This document shows, piece by piece, positions 21,810-28,874 of a DNA stretch of 28,874 nt; position 1 is the stretch's first letter, and each line of letters opens with the position of its first letter. A model generated the notes under the pieces. It was not told where the DNA came from. It saw only the letters and a list, made by a program, of their open reading frames with translations, and searched no databases. The stretch spans positions 62,001 to 90,874 of the forward strand of contig JALJEE010001982.1 in assembly GCA_023231475.1 (NCBI GenBank), read 5' to 3'. The DNA comes from Seison nebaliae. Lineage: Eukaryota. The position numbers and the translations under genes are program-made.

Positions 21810-22644
21810 TATCTCTCTCTCTCACACACACAAACACACACAAACACACGGAGGTTCTCTTTCTTTTGAGATTTGAATTTTCTTTCTGAAATTTCACATT
21901 AAAAATTAGGAAAAAAAAAATTTTTTCATATTCCTACTAATTTATTAGATTCATTTACACTTGACATGTGCGTGTGGGAAGGTGTGGGACAATTTAAAAA
22001 ATTTATTTTCTCTTCTTCCCCTTTTTCGCTGTAAGTGAAGTGTGTGAAAAGGATGAGCTTGTCATTTGAATGGAACAATCTCTCTCTCTCTACACAAATA
22101 GAGAATTGTTAAGTGAAGTGTGGAGGAAAATAGAAATGAAATAGGACGAAAAAGGAAGAGAATAAAGAAAACATTTCTCAAGATGATGTTTAATTTGATG
22201 AATTTATATGAGAAAAGATTAACTGAAAGAAGACGAACGGTTAGTAGTTTTAAGGAAGATGATTTATATGAAAATATGATTTCAAGGACATTCTCTAAAA
22301 TTTCACGTTACTCAATTACTCACCTCAATTAGTTGGAGAGGAGAAGAGATTATACTAAATCGAATGTTACAGGAAAAAAAAATGGAATTCATTCACAAGT
22401 GAAATGGATCTATGATTGGAGAGAGATTTCTCAACTATTTCCCTTCTTTCTTTTCTCCTTTTTCTTCTCGTTAGTTTCTTCTTTCTCACTCACCATTTCC
22501 ATGTTCTCCTTTTATCAATCCAAATTGTTTTCTCCTTCAGTCAATTCAATTCTTTCCTCAAATTTTCAATTTGAATCTCCTAATTTCTTTTCTTTCATTT
22601 ATCTCATTCACGACCAGAAATAACATTAGTAAAGTTAAGAGGAG
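21810..22644. promoter_or_regulatory. Divergent promoter and 5'UTR region of BRD7/9 and SMG6
   Basis: Head-to-head genes. Donor-like gtaagt at 22031, and a long pyrimidine tract ending in cag at 22617 upstream of the SMG6 ATG, suggest 5'UTR introns. Confidence 0.45.
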
Positions 22645-25623
22645 ATGAGAGAAGTGGATGAGAATGATTTATGTGAATTAACATCTTTATTCGACGCACT
22701 CAATTCCCAATTTGATGAGATACGTGACGAACAATTGACAAATGAGATCCAATGGATTTACAAACGAATTTTCTACAATTCCTTCACATGGAAAGCATCG
22801 ACGATGATGGCTGAGACGATTAGTATTCCACAAATCGCTCGAAAGATCCATCACATCTTCTCCAATCGTCATTCACCGTTTAATCGATGTGCTTGCTCAA
22901 AATTCCTGATAATGGAAAATCGACGGAAATTATTGAGTGGAATTGACGAGATTAATTGTCGATTCGATTGGAAGGATGTAGATTTGTTGGAGAGTGTAGA
23001 GAATGAATATCATCATCGTTTAGATGAGAATAATAAGAATAATAATAATCAAATTCACATTCTCCAACGCAAACCATTACCCATTTCAGTTTGTGAGAGG
23101 ATTCAAATGAAAACATCAACTCCGATGATTGTAGAGAAGAATCCGTTAGATGAGTTAAATGAATTATTGAAAGAGATTCATCAAAATCATTTGACGAATA
23201 AACGTCTGAGAAGAATATTTGAATTGAGGTTCCCTTTTATCATTTTTCTCATTTTTCAATTTGTTTTCCAGGAGAATTTTAGAGAAAAGATTTCTAATGA
23301 AATTATTAGATCATTCTAATCATCAAACGGCAACGAGTTTATGGAGAAATTGTTTCTATAACATTTATCGAACATTTATTCAAATTCTACAAATTGGAAC
23401 AATTGAAATGAGAAGAGAATTACGAGAGAATTTATTCCAATTTCTTTATTCAGCCAGAAATTTCTTCCGTGAATTGATATGTCTAATTGAATATGATATT
23501 TATTGTCGATGGCGATTAGATCAGAATGATCGATTCATTTCATTGATTGATAATGATGATGTGGAGATGGATGATCTTTATGCCAATTCGGTTTTATTCG
23601 TTTTAAATCATGTTCATCATTCACCATATATGAAAGATAAATGTCCATCATTAATTCATTCGAATCTCCTTCAAGTCTTCCTAACATGTCTGGGTGATAT
23701 CGAACGATATTTATTATTTGTTAATGAATGTTATCGGAAAGTTGGAATGATGGAGAAAGAGAATATGACGAAAGAAGAAGCCATTCGTATTTATCGTCGA
23801 ACTACTTATTTCCCATCATTGAAACAAGATTGCTTCTCTAAATTACTCGTTTTTCCAACAACCATTCTCAATAAATGTTGTCTACAAATTAAAATGATTA
23901 ATCGAATCAGAGCATCCATTGAAACAGATAAAGAAGAATTGGAGAAATTGGAAGGAGAAGATGGAAAAGTGTTAGAAAATCGTATTGATCATCATATGAC
24001 TCAAATTGATGATCATGATGGACAATTGAAGAGTATGATGAATAATGTCCATAAGAGATTGGGAGGAATTGAGAAGAAGTTCTCTTCCATTCTATCAACA
24101 TCTAATTTGGATATGAAAGTTTTTCCTCATCATTCAATCAAATTGCAGAAATGGGAAATTCCTCCAATATTTCGCACTCTCAAATCATCCAGTGATTGGT
24201 TACATGACGACGTGTTCAACATCGAAGAAATGGATGCAACAGAAACTTCATATTTGACTCAATTGAATGATGAGGAATTGAAAGATCGATTCGAATGTAT
24301 TTTCCTTTTCGTCTTTGGGAAGATTGTGAGTAAAATTGACGTGGAGACATTTGTTGTTTCTCAATATTTTCTCTCACTCACTTTCGAACATGTACTCAAG
24401 AGAAAATTGTCTTGTTTGAATTCGATGGATTGGTGGGAGAATATTTTAAATCTTCTTACTTATATTCCATTTGCCGTTAGACAACATTCGAAAAATGATG
24501 AGAAATTGAAAGAGAATCTCCTCCAAAACTTCTGGTTGGCATTGTGCGAAATGTTGAAAGTGACGTTGAGGAATGTACTCCACTATTTCCTCGATCGATT
24601 ATTGCCACTCAATCAACAGAAGAATTTCAAAGAGGAAATTGCTAATTTCCAATTCGACAAATCAGTCGAAAGTCAACTCAAATTCATCAGAATCATCTTG
24701 TTTTGGTTATGTAGTGGCAAATTGGAAGATAATTGGCTCTACATTCTCACTGGCTATGGGAAAGTTAATACGGATAAATTGATGATTCGAAAGAATTGTG
24801 AATTGATCGGTTGTCTGGTGGAATTGGGAAATATGTGTAAATTGTTGAGGAGGAAAGATTTGCTCATTCTCTCTTTCGACAGTCATAAAAGTGACATCGA
24901 TTTATTAAATGAAAGTTTCTTGAGACAATCTAATTTGAACTTACTTCATTGTGAGGATGATATCATTCTCTCAAATATTCTCAATTCCAATCATTCATTA
25001 CACATTTCTGCTATCATCGATTTATCATCTGATCAATATCAATCTTCAAATAATAATAAAGAAGAAGAAAAACGAAGAGATATTGTTAATTTCTTTTTCT
25101 CTCTCTCAATAAATCTCATTTCAATTTTTTTAGAATTCACTTCAAAATATTTATCGACTTCGATCTATCCATTGGTTAATTGATGAATTGTCATTGGAGA
25201 AATATATCAACATCTTCCAAACGACAAACGAAGAACAATTGACGAATTGTGAAGAAGACGAACGTTTCCGTATAATTCATCGATACTTATTGAAAGATAA
25301 TGAATCAGTGTTCGGAGGTGAATCAATACATCCTATCAATTCTTCAACGTCACCAATCTGTCACAAAATCATCAACGAACATTATAAGAGTACCGTTTCT
25401 TATCAACAAGAAATTCGGTTGAATGCCAATTCTGTTTTACTTGTCTGTCCCTTATATCTTGTCATCGATACGAATTGTTTCATTCAAGATTTGGATTTGA
25501 TCAGAAACTTATTCTCTTACAAATATTATCATATGATTGTACCAATTATGGGTTAGATTATTCCTCCTTTTTTCCATTCCTCATTTTAAATTCGTTTTTT
25601 TTTTTTTTGTTGGACCACAAACA

Positions 25624-25661
<38 letters not shown>

Positions 25662-26193
25662 TTAATTTTTTTTCTAAAATTTAGTGTTACATGAAGTGAA
25701 ATCATTAACGAAATTGACGAGAGATGTACGAGAGAAGAATTTGCCACAGAATGTGGAAGATAAGAAGAAGAGTGAAGAGAGACGTCAAATATGTCACGAA
25801 ATTCTCCGATTCTTCAAAGAACAAATTGGAAAGAATAATGATCGTGCAGCTTATTTGAATGAAAGAGGAGAATTGTTGCTCAATCCCAATTTAAAGAAAC
25901 ATCAGAATATGGTGAAAGGTGAGAACAATGACGATCGAATTCTCACCAGTTGTTACAAATTAGTGAAGAGAATGGAAGAGGAAGGCGACCACATCAACCT
26001 TTTCCGACGGAACAATAACAACAACAACATCAATGGCTGTGATACGATTAGTAAACCGTGTCGTGTAGTGTTGTTGACGAATGACAAGAATCTTCGATTG
26101 AAAGGTATTGCCACTGAACAACCGACGAAACGTTTGAAGGATTTCCTCCGATGGACGATGTTACCGGATAAATTGATTCGAGGAAATAAATGA
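22645..26193 (+). CDS. SMG6: SMG6/EST1A nonsense-mediated decay endonuclease (Est1 TPR + PIN), 4 exons, ~1107 aa
   Basis: Exons 22645-23228, 23272-25084, 25134-25551 and 25685-26193 join in frame. LWRNCFY, CLGDIERY, RFECIFLFVFGKIVSKIDVETF; PIN motifs PLYLVIDTN, VPIMVLHE, NNDDRIL and VVLLTNDKNLRLK with the catalytic Asp triad present (SMG6-like, not SMG5). Confidence 0.9.
25628..25660. repeat. (AAT)n microsatellite expanding SMG6 intron 3
   Basis: About 11 tandem AAT units inside the 133-nt intron. Confidence 0.9.
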
Positions 26194-26904
26194 AAAAATA
26201 AATCCGTTTGAAGTGAAAAAAGAGAAATTGTTAATCGACAAATTACTCGAAGCCAAAAAAGTAATTTCATCATCTGAAGAGAAAGGGGAAATAATTATAT
26301 GTCAATCAATTTGATTTTCATTGAAGAAAAACGAACTTTATTCATTTTCAGGAAATGAATATGGAGAGGAGAACGGTTCAAATTATCATCAAATATTCAA
26401 TTCATTCAAAAATTTAAAAGAAGAATTGATAACCAAATAAAAAGGATTTCTTCCAAATTAATCATTTTTATTTCTTTCCCATCACAACAATTACACTAGT
26501 AAAATTTTAGTTAATAAATTTTCTGTTTTTCTCAATTTTTTATTAGAGTATTCTCGTTTTTTCAAAATTTTTCCATCGTCGAATTTCCTGTTTTCTTCTT
26601 TCTTCCGTTCTCGGCAGACAGAAGAAGAAACAAGAAACGATTACGACGACCAAATAAGAGAATCGAGAAGATTTCCCAATTTTCACATGTCAAAAGCGAA
26701 TAAGTTGGAAATAATCATTTTTTTCGCATCATTAATATTATCACCAGTGTTGCAGAAAGAATGATGATGGAAATTTGACGGAATTGTCAATTGGAAGTCT
26801 CTTCTTTGTCGGAATGATTGCTCTGCTACTGGGAATAAGTAAATTTGCTTTTAATTTTTTTTATTAATTCCCTTTCTCTTTCTCATTGTGGTGTATATAT
26901 GCAA

Positions 26905-26998
26905 GTGTGTATGATTGTGTATAAGTGTGTGTATGATTGTGTATGTGTGTGTATAAGTGTGTATAAGTGTGTGAGTGTGTATAAGTGTGTGTGTGTAT
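26905..26998. repeat. Degenerate GT-rich tandem repeat (GTGTATAAGT / GTGTATGATT units)
   Basis: Repeated gtgtataagt and gtgtatgatt units interspersed with (GT)n. Confidence 0.8.
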
Positions 26999-28717
26999 CG
27001 AGTATCAACCCGATTAGCATATCGATAAATTATTTTGTGCATATTCTCCATGTAGATATGGGATATGGGAAGTGGGGAGGAAGGATGGTTAGAATTGATG
27101 AGGCATTTATGTCGATCTAAATCTCTCGTCTTCTTCTCTCGGAATTGACGACATAAATAATGGTGGAAGGAATGATGATATTGATTCGGAATGGAACATT
27201 CCCATCATTCTTAATTGCATCATGTTACCGAGGAGGAAGATGATAAATCATTTCGGAATGTTTGTTGAGACGAATTCGGAATATATCTGGAAATGATAAT
27301 TGTGTAATTTGGAGAAGAATTGAATTGTTTCTCATCTTGACATACACCTTTCTCGATCATGCCGTCACGACGTATAGGGAATGATTTGTACGGAAATGGA
27401 AATAGCTCGGAAAACGGAGAAATGTTTATTCTTCAGATAATTGTTTCTGAGAAGTCCCTACCAGATTTCTCTCCTCTCACCAACACGAACGAGGAGAATT
27501 CATTTACAAACAAGTGTTGTACAGGATGATTTGGCGGGCGGATGAACAGTGTCTGTCTTTCAAAGAGAGAATCCTGTACGCTTTTAAGGTCAATTGTTGT
27601 TAGTGCACTCGTCTCGGCGTCTGTGGGAGAGGAATGGTAGGGGGGGAGGGGGAAAGCTTCTTATATTCCTCTCATATTACTACTCGTCAACTGCCTTGAT
27701 AAGAATAGACCGACGGACGACGGAGAACTAATAAAATGAATCATTCTTTATTCTTTTGCGTTTTCTTCTTTTAATCGCTCCTCCTCTATATATGGAAAAG
27801 GAAAGTATTCTTTCTCAGATAAGCAATTATTTTTATTGATCTAACATTAACGAGGATGACCAACCAGAAAACTGAAATTTCATCATCCTAAAAAATATTT
27901 TGATCGTCTGATATTCTCATAAATAACATTATGATATGTTGATGAGGGTCATATCGTCATGGAAAGTCATTCGTGCAGTTTTCAGTCAATTATGCAGGAA
28001 TAATTCGGTTAAACATACTCCTAATTGATCAAAGTGGGTAAAGTGTCGGAGAAAAAGTCAAAATAATTTTTGCATAAAAAACTTCTTCATCCGACCCATG
28101 TCTGCCAACCATAGCTCAATAATCACATATGTTAGAAATGCTTATTGGATAGGTAAGAGAGTCGTTCCCGAAAAGACTTTATTTTCATTTTCATCATGTC
28201 TGATCATATTGAGGCATTAGTTAATGGAATATTATTGTGTCGAGATTGGCAGGAGGATTATTTGTTTGACCATTAGTGGAAGTTAATGATGATTCTCGCG
28301 TTAGATTGGAAATATTTTCATCCACCTTCTCCTCACTATGACGACAACGATGACGATAATGGCGACAACGACCACTGACAGATGTTCTACAATTCGATGA
28401 ACTTCCATTAATAAATAATCGAGAGAGAAGAGAGTATGGGAGAGAGAAAGAGGGAGTTGATGGAACGATAAGTACCATCCATTAAATTGTCATTTGTTAC
28501 ACGTCCATTACGTTCTTCGATTGAGCAAACACCCTCATGTTTTGTGTCTGTTCATCATAATTGATGATTGTGATTGTCCTGATTGTAATTAGATTCTGAT
28601 TATCGACTATTATCTATTACTCTCATAAATTGCAGACAAATGTTGCCAGATGATCATTTTATTTACTTTAGAACTTTAAGAATTACACTCTCCTTCTAAC
28701 AATTCCGAGTCTTGGTG

Positions 28718-28775
28718 ATTTGGTAGACGAACTATTTGGTAGACGGAGATTTGGTAGACCGACCATTTGGTAGAC
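28718..28775. repeat. Four exact copies of ATTTGGTAGAC with 4-5 nt variable spacers
   Basis: Copies start at 28718, 28734, 28749 and 28765; spacers are gaact, ggag and cgacc. Confidence 0.9.
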
Positions 28776-28874
28776 TCCGTATGGGAAATACATGTAGATA
28801 TTTTCTTATTTCACATTTAAATTGCTCCAAAATTTTGGATCATTCAAAAGGATTATGCTCATTAAAAATACGGT

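Noticed and set aside
1229..26193. Non-standard genetic code or stop readthrough to explain fragmented ORFs
   Set aside because: All breaks resolve with ordinary GT-AG introns, and genes end in TAA or TGA at the expected positions.
25953..26273. 106-aa minus-strand ORF
   Set aside because: Antisense to the SMG6 PIN exon, with no recognisable motif.
26845..27120. Cys/Val-rich and His/Thr-rich ORFs
   Set aside because: Translation products of the GT-rich tandem repeat.
28221..28478. 85-aa minus-strand ORF
   Set aside because: No family similarity and no convincing flanking exons; a terminal exon of an off-window gene cannot be excluded.
28718..28775. CRISPR-like repeat-spacer array
   Set aside because: Repeats (11 nt) and spacers (4-5 nt) are far too short, the context is eukaryotic and there are no cas genes.

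Overview
AT-rich, gene-dense nuclear DNA from an animal with a compact genome and very short introns (mostly 41-62 nt). I spliced the genes by hand. In order: a partial N/Q/Y-rich ORF running off the left edge (-), DRG2 (11 exons, -), EI24 (+), WDR78/DNAI4 (-), VPS37 (+), SDHAF4 (-), ZNF830 (-), a ~4 kb gene-free stretch, syntaxin-1 (+), BRD7/9 (-), SMG6 (+), then ~2.7 kb of non-coding sequence with a short spaced direct-repeat array near the right edge. The main result is the syntaxin-1 locus. It has two consecutive pairs of equal-length, same-phase, strongly diverged, apparently mutually exclusive exons (74/74 nt and 109/109 nt) that recode the Habc domain, and at least three alternative transmembrane last exons. 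Also notable: 21 of 27 inferred splice donors begin GTT and none is GTAAGT/GTGAGT, and ZNF830-SDHAF4 are spaced like an operon (80 nt). Gene identities come from recalled family motifs, not database searches. All splicing is inferred from DNA only.
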